Source: Alphaproteobacteria bacterium
GTDB taxonomy: Bacteria; Pseudomonadota; Alphaproteobacteria; MPNO01; UBA830
Reading direction: 5' to 3'
DNA: 64,000 nt
NCBI GenBank assembly: GCA_964291215.2
Contig: OZ219790.1
Location: 1,664,001-1,728,000 of the forward strand
Shown: positions 15,343 through 25,331 of the stretch, piece by piece
How the letters are laid out: every line of letters begins with the position of its first letter
How positions within the stretch are numbered: position 1 is the stretch's first letter
Made by a program: the position numbers and the translations under genes
The notes under the pieces: generated by a model
Told to the model about the DNA's origin: nothing
What the model saw: the letters and a program-made list of their open reading frames with translations, nothing else
The model's database searches: none

Positions 15343-16283
15343 CGGCAGGGTCCTCCGACCGAAGAGGCGGCCGGCCTGCCGATTCGTCTGATCTCCCATT
15401 CCAGTTTGACGCCGCTATGGGCCAAAACCCGCGCCCGAATCGTCTCGCCGAGCGTTTCGATGTCAGCAGCCGTGGCGCCGCCATCGTTGATCAGGAAGTT
15501 ACAGTGCTGTTCAGAAACACGGGCTCCGCCGACTGACAGGTCGCGGCAACCGGCGGCTTCGACCAGCTCCCAGGCGCTGGCACCGGGAGGATTCTTGAAA
15601 GTCGACCCGCCCGTGCGCACCTGCATTGGCTGGTCGGATCGGCGGCGGTCCGCAATCGTGGCCATGCGGCAGGCGATGTCGGCACTGTCGCCCGGAATGC
15701 CCTGGAAGCAGGCGGAGACGAAGATCCAGCCTTCGGGGACGGCGCAATGCCGGTACGACATCCCGAGTTCGACCTTCGAGAGCGTATGCAGGTCACCGCC
15801 GCGATCGACCAGCCTGGCGTCGATGACGATGTCGGAAACCTCGCTGCCATAGGCGCCCGCGTTCATGCGAAGCGCCCCACCGACCGTTCCCGGAATCCCG
15901 GAAAGGAATTCTGTGCCGGCGAGGGCGCGGTCGCGACAGGCGCGCGACAGGGCGGCGCCGAGCGTTCCGGCACCGGCCTCGACACGGCCCGCATCGCCGA
16001 AGGCGATGCTCGAAAACGGCCGGCCCAGCGTAACCACTACACCTGGAACGCCGCCGTCGCGAACCAGCAGATTGGCGCCGATCCCGATGACGGTAACGTC
16101 GATATCGGGATCCAGGCCGCCGAGGAAGTCCTGGAGATCCTCGATGTCGGCGGGGCGGAACAGGATCTCAGCTCGCCCGCCGGTGCGAAACCAGGTGAGC
16201 GAGGCCAGTGCCGCATCGCGGTCGATGCGTCCGCGCACGGGCGGCAGCCCGTCGCCGGGATGGGTTGCGGCGGCGGCGAGCAT
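15339..16283 (-). CDS. murB: UDP-N-acetylenolpyruvoylglucosamine reductase
   Basis: GIPGTVGGALRMNAGAYG, GSTFKNP, HCNFLIN, LEWEI. Confidence 0.96.
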   Translation of the reverse strand: MLAAAATHPGDGLPPVRGRIDRDAALASLTWFRTGGRAEILFRPADIEDLQDFLGGLDPDIDVTVIGIGANLLVRDGGVPGVVVTLGRPFSSIAFGDAGRVEAGAGTLGAALSRACRDRALAGTEFLSGIPGTVGGALRMNAGAYGSEVSDIVIDARLVDRGGDLHTLSKVELGMSYRHCAVPEGWIFVSACFQGIPGDSADIACRMATIADRRRSDQPMQVRTGGSTFKNPPGASAWELVEAAGCRDLSVGGARVSEQHCNFLINDGGATAADIETLGETIRARVLAHSGVKLEWEIRRIGRPAASSVGGPCR

Positions 16284-16285
16284 GG

Positions 16286-17725
16286 TCAGGTCCTCTCCGC
16301 CCGGCCGGCCCCGGCCATATTCCACAACTCCTCGAGCGACCCCGGAAGTTCGTGCGCCCAGCTGGTAACGTCGCCGGCTCCGAGACAGACAACAAAATCC
16401 CCGGGGCGAGCGACATCGGCGACGATGCCGGCCAGCGCGGCCGGATCCTTGAGATCGATGACGTGGCGGTGCCCGTGGGCCCGAAGCCCCTGCACGAGCG
16501 CCGTTCTGTCGATGCCGGGGACCAGGGCCTCGCCGGCCGCATAGATGTCGGCGACAATGACGACATCGGCATCATCGAAACACGTGCAGAAGCCGTGGAA
16601 GAGATCGCTGACACGAGAATAGCGGTGCGGCTGAAGGACGGCGACGACCTTGCCGGCCGCGTTTGCGCGAGTCGCTGCAAGAACCGCGGAGATCTCCCGC
16701 GGATGGTGGCCGTAATCGTCGATCACGGTGACGTCATTGACGACGCCGGTCCTGGTGAAGCGCCGGCTGACGCCACCGAACCCGGCCAGCGCGCGCCGCA
16801 CGGTATCGGGTTCGATGCCCATTTCGTCGGCGATGGCTATCGCCGCCAGGGCATTCCGGGCGTTGTGGTCGCCGGCCATCGGCAGCGTGAACCGCCCGAG
16901 TGCACGCACCGGTCCCATAGCCCGGTCGGCAGCGACGACGGCAAAGCTGGTGCCGAGAGTGCTCGCCGCAAGCTCGGTGATCCGGAAATCGGCCTGGGGG
17001 CTGAAGCCGTAGGTCACGATCCGTCGATCCGACACCGACGGAATCAGCGCCTGCACGTCCGGATCGTCGATGCAGAGCGTCGCGAAACCGTAGAAGGGTA
17101 TGTTCTGGATGAAGGACACGAACGCGTCTTTCAGGGAATCGAAATCGCCGTAGTGATCGAGATGCTCGCGGTCGATGTTCGTTGTCACGGCGATGGTCGC
17201 CGGCAGCTTGACGAAGGTGCCGTCCGATTCGTCGGCCTCGACGACGATCCAGTCGCCCTTGCCGAGCCGTGCGTTGGTGCCGTAGGCGTTGATGACGCCG
17301 CCATTGATGACCGTGGGATGGAACTCGCCGGCGTCGAGCACGGCCGCGACGATCGATGTCGTCGTCGTCTTGCCGTGGCTTCCGGCGACCGCGATCGACC
17401 ACTTGAGGCGCATGAGCTCGGCGAGCATCTCGGCCCGCGGGACTACCGGAATAAGGCGCGCGCGCGCCTCAAGAACCTCGGGATTGTCCGACCCGATGGC
17501 CGATGAAATCACCACTGCGGCCGCGCCCGCGACCCGGGCCGGATCGTGGCCGATCGTGACCTCGATGCCCAGCGACCGGAGGCGCCGGACGCCGCTGCCG
17601 TCCGCGATGTCGGTACCGCGCACCGAATAGCCGAGATTGTGGAGTATCTCGGCGATGCCGCTCATGCCGATGCCGCCGATGCCGACGAAGTGGAAAATCC
17701 CGATATCGAAGGGGAGCGGGCTCAT
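16286..17725 (-). CDS. murC: UDP-N-acetylmuramate--L-alanine ligase
   Basis: GIGGIGMSG, GSHGKTTTT, EADESDG, DDYGHHP. Start at MSPLPFDIG overlaps the murG stop. Confidence 0.97.
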   Translation of the reverse strand: MSPLPFDIGIFHFVGIGGIGMSGIAEILHNLGYSVRGTDIADGSGVRRLRSLGIEVTIGHDPARVAGAAAVVISSAIGSDNPEVLEARARLIPVVPRAEMLAELMRLKWSIAVAGSHGKTTTTSIVAAVLDAGEFHPTVINGGVINAYGTNARLGKGDWIVVEADESDGTFVKLPATIAVTTNIDREHLDHYGDFDSLKDAFVSFIQNIPFYGFATLCIDDPDVQALIPSVSDRRIVTYGFSPQADFRITELAASTLGTSFAVVAADRAMGPVRALGRFTLPMAGDHNARNALAAIAIADEMGIEPDTVRRALAGFGGVSRRFTRTGVVNDVTVIDDYGHHPREISAVLAATRANAAGKVVAVLQPHRYSRVSDLFHGFCTCFDDADVVIVADIYAAGEALVPGIDRTALVQGLRAHGHRHVIDLKDPAALAGIVADVARPGDFVVCLGAGDVTSWAHELPGSLEELWNMAGAGRAERT

Positions 17726-18849
17726 GCCGTGGCCTCTCGGAGCCCCGGAGCGGCGTCCAGCAGCTGCTCGAACCGGTTGACCAGCGCAGCTGCCGCGTCG
17801 CGGCCGCCGGCGCGGCGCATCGCAGCGGCTGCAGTGGCGAGGAGCTCGGGTCCGACGACGAATTCCTCGAAGCGGAGGGCCAGCGCTTCGGCAGTGAAGG
17901 CGCCCCCGGGGATCAGCCACGCGCCGCCGGCCTCCTCGATGGCCCGGGCGTTCGCCGTCTGGTGGTCGTCCGTGGCATGGGGATAGGGCACGAGTATGGC
18001 CGGGCGGCCGACCTCGGCCAGCTCCGCCACCGTCGAGGCGCCCGAACGCGCAACAACCAGATGCGCCGCCGCCATGCGCGCCGCAACGTCGGTGAAGAAG
18101 CGGGCGAGTTCGGCATCGATGCCGCTCCGCCGGTAGGCGCGCCGGACTTCCTCGATGTCCTCGGGACGGCACTGCTGGACCACCCGAAAGCGGCGGCGCA
18201 TCGCATCGGGTAATCGCGACAAGGCGGCAGGCACCACGTCGCTGAACACGCGCGCCCCCTGGCTGCCGCCAAGCACCAGTACCCTGATCTCGCCGTCCCC
18301 GGCGACGCTTTCCGGGTAGGCCAGCATCCGCGCCTCGCTGAACGCGCCGCGGACGGGATTGCCGGTCGTCACCGCCTTGGCGCGTCCGGCATCACCGAGT
18401 CCGGCGGTTGTCTCGAAAGAGGTCGCGACCGCTGACACCCGCCGCATGACGAGGCGGTTTGCTCGTCCGAGCACCGCGTTCTGTTCGTGGATCAGGCTCG
18501 GCAGGCCTTGCGCCACGGCTACGAGCATGGTCGGCATCGAGGGATATCCGCCAAAGCCGATCACGCCGGCCGGCCGCAGCCTGCCCAGCAGCCGCCAAGC
18601 CTGGATAACTCCCGCACCGATGGCGAGCGCGGCGCCGATCCGCGCCAGCGGCCCGCCGGCCGAGCCGGCCGAACTGATTCGGTGGGCGCGAACGCCGTCC
18701 ACGCCGGTCTCGAAATTCTCGCCCCGCCGGTCGGTCGCGAGCGAAACCGGATAATCGCGGCGGACGAGCTCCCGGGCGACAGCGACAGCCGGGAACAAAT
18801 GTCCCCCCGTGCCGCCGGCGGCCAGCACGACATGGCGGGACGGTGTCAT
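17722..18849 (-). CDS. murG: undecaprenyl-PP-MurNAc-pentapeptide GlcNAc transferase
   Basis: GGTGGHLFP, GFGGYPS, HEQN, GGSQGA, RSGASTVAE, DHQTANA. Confidence 0.97.
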   Translation of the reverse strand: MTPSRHVVLAAGGTGGHLFPAVAVARELVRRDYPVSLATDRRGENFETGVDGVRAHRISSAGSAGGPLARIGAALAIGAGVIQAWRLLGRLRPAGVIGFGGYPSMPTMLVAVAQGLPSLIHEQNAVLGRANRLVMRRVSAVATSFETTAGLGDAGRAKAVTTGNPVRGAFSEARMLAYPESVAGDGEIRVLVLGGSQGARVFSDVVPAALSRLPDAMRRRFRVVQQCRPEDIEEVRRAYRRSGIDAELARFFTDVAARMAAAHLVVARSGASTVAELAEVGRPAILVPYPHATDDHQTANARAIEEAGGAWLIPGGAFTAEALALRFEEFVVGPELLATAAAAMRRAGGRDAAAALVNRFEQLLDAAPGLREATA

Positions 18850-19970
18850 GAGGCCGTCACCTGTTCCGGGCGACGCCGCGTCATCGCGAGAAGCAGGCCG
18901 ATCCCGAGGGCAGTCGCGGTCAGGGAGGAGCCGCCGTAGCTGACGAACGGCAACGTCATGCCCTTGGTCGGTATCAGGTGGAGCGTCGAGCCCATGTTGA
19001 TCAGGGCCTGCACCCCGAACAGAAATGCCAAGCCAGAGCCTGCAAGGAGGGCGAACAGATCGGTCTCGCGCATGATCCGAACGAGGCTGCGCAGCACGAT
19101 GAAGCCGAACAGGGCGATGAGCGCCAGACAGAAAACGGTGCCGAATTCCTCGCCGGCGACGGCGAACACGAAATCGGAATGCGAGTCGGGAAGCGCGTTC
19201 TTGACCGTGCCTTCGCCGGGCCCGAGTCCGAACAGGCCGCCTTTGCGGATAGCCTCCAGTCCACGCTCTATCTGATAACTGTTGCCGGCTTGCGGATCGA
19301 GAAAGTTGTCAACCCGCTTGGAGACGTGCGGAAACGCCAGATAGGCGCCGATCATCACGCCGATACCGCACAGGGCCAGGACGGCGGTGGTCAGGAGACG
19401 GAGGCCGGCGATGAAGAACTGGCCCATCCAGACCACCGCGACGACCACGGCCATTCCGATGTCCGGCTGGCGGGAAAGAAGGAATATCAGGAGACAGAAC
19501 ATCGCTGTCGAGATCAGGTTGCCGCTTGGCAGCGCGCCGCTGCGGCAGCCGGCGAACAAGGCCGCGGCGACGACTGCAAAGGCCGGCTTGAGAAACTCCG
19601 AGGGCTGCACGACGATCATGCCGAGCCTGAGCCAGCGGCTGGCACCCTTGATCTCGCTGCCGACGACGAACGTCGCGACGACGAGAGGAACGGCAATGAC
19701 GAGCACCAGGACTGAAACCGCCAGCGCGCCGCGCGGCGACAGCAGCGAAACCGCGAACATCGCGGCGACGGCGACGAAGAAATGGAAACTCTGGCGCCAT
19801 GCGAAGTAGAAGTGGTCGAGCCCGTAGCGATCGGCTGCTGACGGGCTCGCGGCGAACGCCATGAGAATCCCGGCAACGATGAGGAGGCCGAGTGCAACCA
19901 GGGTCGGCCGATCCACGGTCCACAGCCAGCGGCCAACGATCGAGGTGTCGGAGCGGGCGAAGGCGGTCAT
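18846..19970 (-). CDS. ftsW: SEDS peptidoglycan polymerase FtsW
   Basis: GASRW, QPSEFLK, QPDIG, HSDFVF, PTKGMTLPFVSYGGSS. Confidence 0.96.
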   Translation of the reverse strand: MTAFARSDTSIVGRWLWTVDRPTLVALGLLIVAGILMAFAASPSAADRYGLDHFYFAWRQSFHFFVAVAAMFAVSLLSPRGALAVSVLVLVIAVPLVVATFVVGSEIKGASRWLRLGMIVVQPSEFLKPAFAVVAAALFAGCRSGALPSGNLISTAMFCLLIFLLSRQPDIGMAVVVAVVWMGQFFIAGLRLLTTAVLALCGIGVMIGAYLAFPHVSKRVDNFLDPQAGNSYQIERGLEAIRKGGLFGLGPGEGTVKNALPDSHSDFVFAVAGEEFGTVFCLALIALFGFIVLRSLVRIMRETDLFALLAGSGLAFLFGVQALINMGSTLHLIPTKGMTLPFVSYGGSSLTATALGIGLLLAMTRRRPEQVTAS

Positions 19971-21349
19971 CTCGCCTCTCCCGACGCGCCGTCGAGGACA
20001 AGGGCGCGGAAATGTTCGCCGCGAGCCGCAAAATTCCGGTAGCGGTCGAAAGACGCTCCGGCGGGCGACAGCAGAACCACCGGCTCCCGTGCACGGTCGA
20101 CCGCAGCCTGGCATCGGGCCGCGTGCACGGCGCGCTCCAGGGAATCGGACTGCGTGCACGGAACACGGCCCCGGAGCTCGCGGCCAAAGGACGCAGCCGC
20201 CTCCCCGATCAGGTAAGCATGGCTGACATTGCCGAGCCAGGGGGCGGCGGGCGACAGCCCGTCTTCCTTCGCGATCCCGCCGGCGATCCAATAGATCTTC
20301 GAGAAGCTCGCGAGCGCCCGCGCCGCTGCGGCACCGTTGGTCGCCTTGGAATCGTTGACGTAGCGGATGCCGTCGATCACCGCGACGGTCTCCATCCGGT
20401 GCGGCAGCCCGCGGAATGTCGGCAGCGCCGCGCGGATGGCATCGGGCGCGATCCCGAGTATCCGCGCCGCCGCCCACGCCGCGGCCGCGTTCTGCCAGTT
20501 GTGCGGTCCGCGCAGGCTGGAGGCTGCCGAGAGGTCGCAGGATTCTCCGTCCGCATCATCGACCAAGGTTCCATCAACGACAGTAACCCCGGTGCCGGCG
20601 CCCGCCGAAACAGGCCGTACGGTGAACCGGCCGCTGCCGGCAAGCTCGTCGTGGATGGCACGGCAGCGGTCGTCGTCAATGCCGATAACGGCAGACTGCG
20701 GCCGGCCGTCCCGCGCGTCGCGGAAGATGCGTTTCTTGGCAGCGGTGTAACTGGCCATGCTTCCGTGGCGGTCGAGATGGTCCGGGGTCAGGTTGAGAAG
20801 GATGGCGATGTCGAAGGCGGTGTTGCGCGTCAGCTCGAGCTGGAAGGAAGACAGCTCGAGAATGATCACCTCGCCGGGCGCGGGCGGATCGAGATCGAGC
20901 ACCGGGCGTCCGATATTGCCCCCGAGCTGGGCCCGGCGGCCGGCCGTGCCGCAGATATGGGCCAGCAGCGCCACCACCGTCGACTTGCCGTTTGTGCCGG
21001 TGACGGCGACGAGAACCGCATCGCGGCAGCATTCCGCCATGAGCTCGATGTCGCCGATGACGGCTATGCCGGCGGCGGCGGCGCGCTCGACAACCGCATG
21101 CGGCCGCGGATGGGTGAGCGGCACGCCCGGGCTGAGAACAAGGGCCGACTGCCGCGCCCAGTCTATTCCGTCCGGCTCGACGAGCGGTATGTTCTCGGCG
21201 GCGGCGGCCGCGCGCGAGGCCGCCGCGTCATCCCATGCCACCACCTCCGCGCCGCCCGAGACGAGAGCGCGGGCGGTTGCCCGCCCCGAGGCGCCGAGGC
21301 CGAACACGGCGAGGTTCTGCGCCGCTCGTGTAGTCACGGGAATCATCAC
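19967..21349 (-). CDS. murD: UDP-MurNAc-L-Ala--D-glutamate ligase
   Basis: GTNGKST, ELSSFQL, DHLDRH, NDSKATN, LLSPAGASFD. Confidence 0.97.
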   Translation of the reverse strand: MMIPVTTRAAQNLAVFGLGASGRATARALVSGGAEVVAWDDAAASRAAAAAENIPLVEPDGIDWARQSALVLSPGVPLTHPRPHAVVERAAAAGIAVIGDIELMAECCRDAVLVAVTGTNGKSTVVALLAHICGTAGRRAQLGGNIGRPVLDLDPPAPGEVIILELSSFQLELTRNTAFDIAILLNLTPDHLDRHGSMASYTAAKKRIFRDARDGRPQSAVIGIDDDRCRAIHDELAGSGRFTVRPVSAGAGTGVTVVDGTLVDDADGESCDLSAASSLRGPHNWQNAAAAWAAARILGIAPDAIRAALPTFRGLPHRMETVAVIDGIRYVNDSKATNGAAAARALASFSKIYWIAGGIAKEDGLSPAAPWLGNVSHAYLIGEAAASFGRELRGRVPCTQSDSLERAVHAARCQAAVDRAREPVVLLSPAGASFDRYRNFAARGEHFRALVLDGASGEAR

Positions 21350-21356
21350 GGCAAGA

Positions 21357-22445
21357 TCACCTCAGCTTCAGGGTAGCCAAGCCGACGAGGGCGAGGATGG
21401 TCGCGATGATCCAGAACCGGATCACGATCGTCGATTCTGCCCACCCCTTCTGCTCGAAATGATGATGGAGCGGCGCCATGCGGAAAACGCGCCGGCCGGT
21501 GAGTCTGAACGACACCACCTGCACGATCACGGAGATTGTCTCGAGCACGAACAGCCCGCCAATGACCGCAAGCACAAGCTCGTGCTTGGTCACCACGCTC
21601 ACGGCGCCGAGCGCACCGCCGATGGAGAGCGAACCGGTGTCGCCCATGAACACGGTAGCCGGAGGGGCGTTGAACCACAGGAACCCGAGGCCGGCGCCGA
21701 CCAGGGCGCCGCAAAACACAGCCAGCTCGCCGGCGCCGCGTACGAAATGAATCTGCAAGTAGCCGGAAAATACGAAGTTGCCCGCGAGATAGGCGATAAG
21801 GGCAAAGCAGGCGGCCGCAATCAGCGCCGGCATGATCGCGAGGCCGTCGAGGCCGTCGGTCAGGTTGACCGCGTTGGCGGAGCCAACCAGGACGAGGACG
21901 GCCCACGGAACGAAGAACCAGCCGAGCGGCAGGAGGACATCCTTCAGGAACGGCACCGCGAGGCCGGTCGACAGCGGCGCCGGGGTCAGGTGCATGATCC
22001 ACAGCGCGCCGCCGCCACCGGCGGCAACAAGCGCGAGGAGCTTTGTCCGCCCGCGCAGCCCATCGCTCGAGTTCCGGGTCAGCTTCAGGTAGTCGTCGAC
22101 GAAACCGACGGCGCCGAATCCCAAGGTGACGAAGAGCACCGCCCACACATAGGCGTTGGCGAGATCGGCCCACAGGAGGGTCGCGATGCCAATCGCGAGC
22201 AAAATCAGCACGCCGCCCATGGTCGGCGTCCCCTTCTTGGTGATCAGATGGCCAGCCGGGCCGTCGAGGCGGATCGGCTGGCCCGCACCCTGGTATTGCC
22301 TGAGGCGGCGGATGACGGCCGGGCCGAGAACGAAGCTGACGAACAGCGCGGTCACGATCGCTCCGCCCGTCCGCAGCGTGATGTAGCGGAACAGGTTGAA
22401 CGGCCCGAACTCATCGGCCAACGGGAACAGCAGGTTATAGAGCAC
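21357..22445 (-). CDS. mraY: phospho-N-acetylmuramoyl-pentapeptide transferase
   Basis: [42 protein letters not shown]. Confidence 0.98.
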   Translation of the reverse strand: MLYNLLFPLADEFGPFNLFRYITLRTGGAIVTALFVSFVLGPAVIRRLRQYQGAGQPIRLDGPAGHLITKKGTPTMGGVLILLAIGIATLLWADLANAYVWAVLFVTLGFGAVGFVDDYLKLTRNSSDGLRGRTKLLALVAAGGGGALWIMHLTPAPLSTGLAVPFLKDVLLPLGWFFVPWAVLVLVGSANAVNLTDGLDGLAIMPALIAAACFALIAYLAGNFVFSGYLQIHFVRGAGELAVFCGALVGAGLGFLWFNAPPATVFMGDTGSLSIGGALGAVSVVTKHELVLAVIGGLFVLETISVIVQVVSFRLTGRRVFRMAPLHHHFEQKGWAESTIVIRFWIIATILALVGLATLKLR

Positions 22446-23871
22446 GACCCGACACCCTCATTTGCCGATCCGCAGCCGCCGGATTCGCGTTTTCCACGAT
22501 GGCGTCGACGACGCGCGACAGGCCTACCGCATTCGAGGCCTTGACGGTCACGATGTCGCCGCCCTGCAGATTGTCGACGAGGCCGGACACAATGTCGTCG
22601 ACCCGGTCGGCAACGAGACCGAGACGGCCGGCATCCAGCACCTCGGCCAGCGCGCGCATCTCGCGACCGACGAGATGGACGAGGTCGATTCCGTTACGCT
22701 CGATGTCGGCGCCGAGATCGCCGTGCGCCTGGCGTGAGACGCCGCCGAGTTCGAGCATGTCGCCGAGGACGGCGATACGCCGGCCGCCGGCCGGGGTCAT
22801 GGCGCCGAGGGTGGCCAGCGCCGCTCGCATCGAGTCGGGGTTGGCGTTGTAGCTGTCGTCCACGAGCCTAAGCTCGCCGTCTCCCCAGCGCAGGGTATGG
22901 ACCATGCCACGCCCCGGGAGCGCAGGCAGCGTGGGCAGCGCGGCGGCGGCCTCGCGCATGCTGGCACCGAGGCCGTGGACGGCGCACAGCACGGCCAGCG
23001 CGTTGCACGCCCAGTGTGCCGCGGGCTGGCCGACCCGGAATTCGAGGCGTTCTCCGCGCCACGACGCGCTGACATCGAGCCCGTTCCGGTCGGAGCGGGC
23101 GGCGATGAGGCGCAGGTCGGCATCCGGGTGCCTGCCGAAACCGACCGTCTCGGCCGCACCGGCAGCACGCGCGGCATCCGTGAGCAGCTCGTGAAACGGG
23201 GTGTCGAGATTGATCACCGCGATACCGCCATCAAGTCCGGTGAAGATCTCCGCCTTGGCGCGGGCGATGGCCTCGAGCGAATCGAAATACGCCCTGTGCG
23301 CAGGAGCGACGGCGGTCACGACCGCGACCCGGGGCGCGGCAAGCGCCACGAGGGGCACGATTTCCCCGGGACCGCTCATCCCGATCTCGAAGACTCCGAA
23401 AGCGGCGTCCCGGCGCATGCGGGCGAGCGACAGCGGGACGCCCCAGCAGTTGTTGAGGCTGTGCTCGCTCGATGCGGTCGCGCCCTGGGCACCAAGCACA
23501 TGGGCCAGCGCCTCCTTGACGCTGGTCTTGCCGACGCTTCCGGTCACCGCGGCAATGCGGGCGCCGGTTCTCCGGCGGGCGGCACGGGCGAGGCCGTTCA
23601 GCGCTTCGAGCGTGTCGTCGACGACAAGCACCGGGCCGCTGCCCGGCTCTACCGGCGGCGTCGACACCACCGCGGCGGCTGCACCGGCCGCGAACGCCGG
23701 TTTGACGAAGGCGTGGCCGTCAAGGCTGGGACCCCGGATGGCCACGAACAGGTCGCCTTCCTGCAGGGTTCTCGAATCGATGGAGACGCCGGTCGCCCGC
23801 CACCGGCCCGACGACCGGCCGCCGGTCGCCACCTCGGCCTGTTTCGATTCCCAGAGGGCGGAGCCTGTCAT
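22435..23871 (-). CDS. murF: UDP-MurNAc-tripeptide--D-Ala-D-Ala ligase
   Basis: [32 protein letters not shown]. Confidence 0.96.
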   Translation of the reverse strand: MTGSALWESKQAEVATGGRSSGRWRATGVSIDSRTLQEGDLFVAIRGPSLDGHAFVKPAFAAGAAAAVVSTPPVEPGSGPVLVVDDTLEALNGLARAARRRTGARIAAVTGSVGKTSVKEALAHVLGAQGATASSEHSLNNCWGVPLSLARMRRDAAFGVFEIGMSGPGEIVPLVALAAPRVAVVTAVAPAHRAYFDSLEAIARAKAEIFTGLDGGIAVINLDTPFHELLTDAARAAGAAETVGFGRHPDADLRLIAARSDRNGLDVSASWRGERLEFRVGQPAAHWACNALAVLCAVHGLGASMREAAAALPTLPALPGRGMVHTLRWGDGELRLVDDSYNANPDSMRAALATLGAMTPAGGRRIAVLGDMLELGGVSRQAHGDLGADIERNGIDLVHLVGREMRALAEVLDAGRLGLVADRVDDIVSGLVDNLQGGDIVTVKASNAVGLSRVVDAIVENANPAAADRQMRVSGRAL

Positions 23872-25331
23872 TGCGCCGTCCCCCCCGAGGCCGCGACGGC
23901 CACGCGCGCAACCTCCGCATCATCGAAGGGGACGACCGTCGTGCCGACGATCTGGCCGGTTTCATGACCCTTGCCGGCCACCACCAGCATGTCGCCGGCC
24001 CCGAGCCGGCGCACGCCCTCCGCAATCGCCTCGGCGCGGTCTCCGATCTCGGTCGCATCCGGCACCGCAGCAAGGATCTCGGAGCGGATCGACGCGGCAT
24101 CCTCGGTGCGCGGATTGTCGTCGGTAACGATGACGGCATCGGCCAGCGAGGCGGCAACCCTGCCCATCATCGGCCGCTTGCCCGGATCGCGGTCGCCGCC
24201 GCAGCCGAACACCGCGACGAGGCGCCTGGCGCCGTGGGCGCGCAGCGCCCCGAGGACGGCACCGAGCGCGTCCGGCGTGTGCGCGTAGTCGACAAAGACC
24301 GGCGCCCCGCCGGCGCTGCGCGCAACCAGCTGCATGCGACCGCGGATTCCCGCAAGTCTGGTGCAATGATCGAGAACGGTCTCCGGGTCCGCACCGGTGG
24401 CCACGACCAGCCCTGCGGCGCAGACGGCGTTGCGAACTTGGAACTCCCCGACGAGCGGGATCTCAACACTCGTCGCGCGGCCGAACACCTCGATCTCGAG
24501 AACGTGACCGCAGGGCGACGGCGCGATGCTGGCGAACCGGAGATCGCAGCCCTTGCGGCCATAGGACATGACCGAGCCGCGGACACCCGCCGAAACCGGC
24601 TCAAATTCGGGAATGTCGGCATTCAGGACGGCGACGCCGTCCAGATCCAGGAGCTCCTCGAACAGGCGCCGCTTGGCTGCAAGATACAGCGCCGGCGTCG
24701 CGTGGTAATCGAGATGGTCGCGCGAGAAGCTGGTAAATCCGGCAGCCTTGAGCCGGACGCCGTCCAGGCGTCTCTGGTCGAGGCCGTGGCTCGAGGCCTC
24801 GAGCGCAACGCACTCCACGCCGTTCCGCGCGAGATCCGCAAGGCAACCATGCAGCGCGACCGGCTCGGGCGTGGTCAGGTCGGGATCAGAGGTCCCCGCG
24901 GGCCCGCACACCCCGAGAGTGCCGATGCTCGCCGCAGCGCGGCCCTGCATCGACCAGAGCTGCTGCGTGAAGCAAGTGACCGAGGTCTTGCCGTTGGTCC
25001 CGGTGACGGCGACTGCCGTGTCCGGCTGGCGGCCGGCGTGGGCGGCGGCGATCCTGGCGAGGCTCGCACGGACATCCGGCGAGGTAAGCAGGACGACGCG
25101 GTCGTCCTCGAGCGCAGTTCCGTCGGGAGCAAGCACCGCCCGTGCGCCGCGTGCGATCGCATCGGCGATAAAGCGGCGCCCGTCGGTGCAGGTCCCGGGC
25201 AGGGCGGCAAACAGGAAACCCGGCGCGACATCGCGGGAGTCGGCCGCGATTCCGGTGATCTCCGGACCGCCGGCGCTGTCCGCCATCCTGTCGCGCTCCC
25301 CGGCCCGCTCAATGAGCTCAGCGAGACGCAA
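23868..25331 (-). CDS. murE: UDP-MurNAc-dipeptide--meso-diaminopimelate ligase
   Basis: TGTNGKTS, EASSHGL, DYAHTPD, DNPR (DAP-type), AGKGHE. Probable TTG start overlapping the ftsI end. Confidence 0.96.
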   Translation of the reverse strand: MRLAELIERAGERDRMADSAGGPEITGIAADSRDVAPGFLFAALPGTCTDGRRFIADAIARGARAVLAPDGTALEDDRVVLLTSPDVRASLARIAAAHAGRQPDTAVAVTGTNGKTSVTCFTQQLWSMQGRAAASIGTLGVCGPAGTSDPDLTTPEPVALHGCLADLARNGVECVALEASSHGLDQRRLDGVRLKAAGFTSFSRDHLDYHATPALYLAAKRRLFEELLDLDGVAVLNADIPEFEPVSAGVRGSVMSYGRKGCDLRFASIAPSPCGHVLEIEVFGRATSVEIPLVGEFQVRNAVCAAGLVVATGADPETVLDHCTRLAGIRGRMQLVARSAGGAPVFVDYAHTPDALGAVLGALRAHGARRLVAVFGCGGDRDPGKRPMMGRVAASLADAVIVTDDNPRTEDAASIRSEILAAVPDATEIGDRAEAIAEGVRRLGAGDMLVVAGKGHETGQIVGTTVVPFDDAEVARVAVAASGGTAQ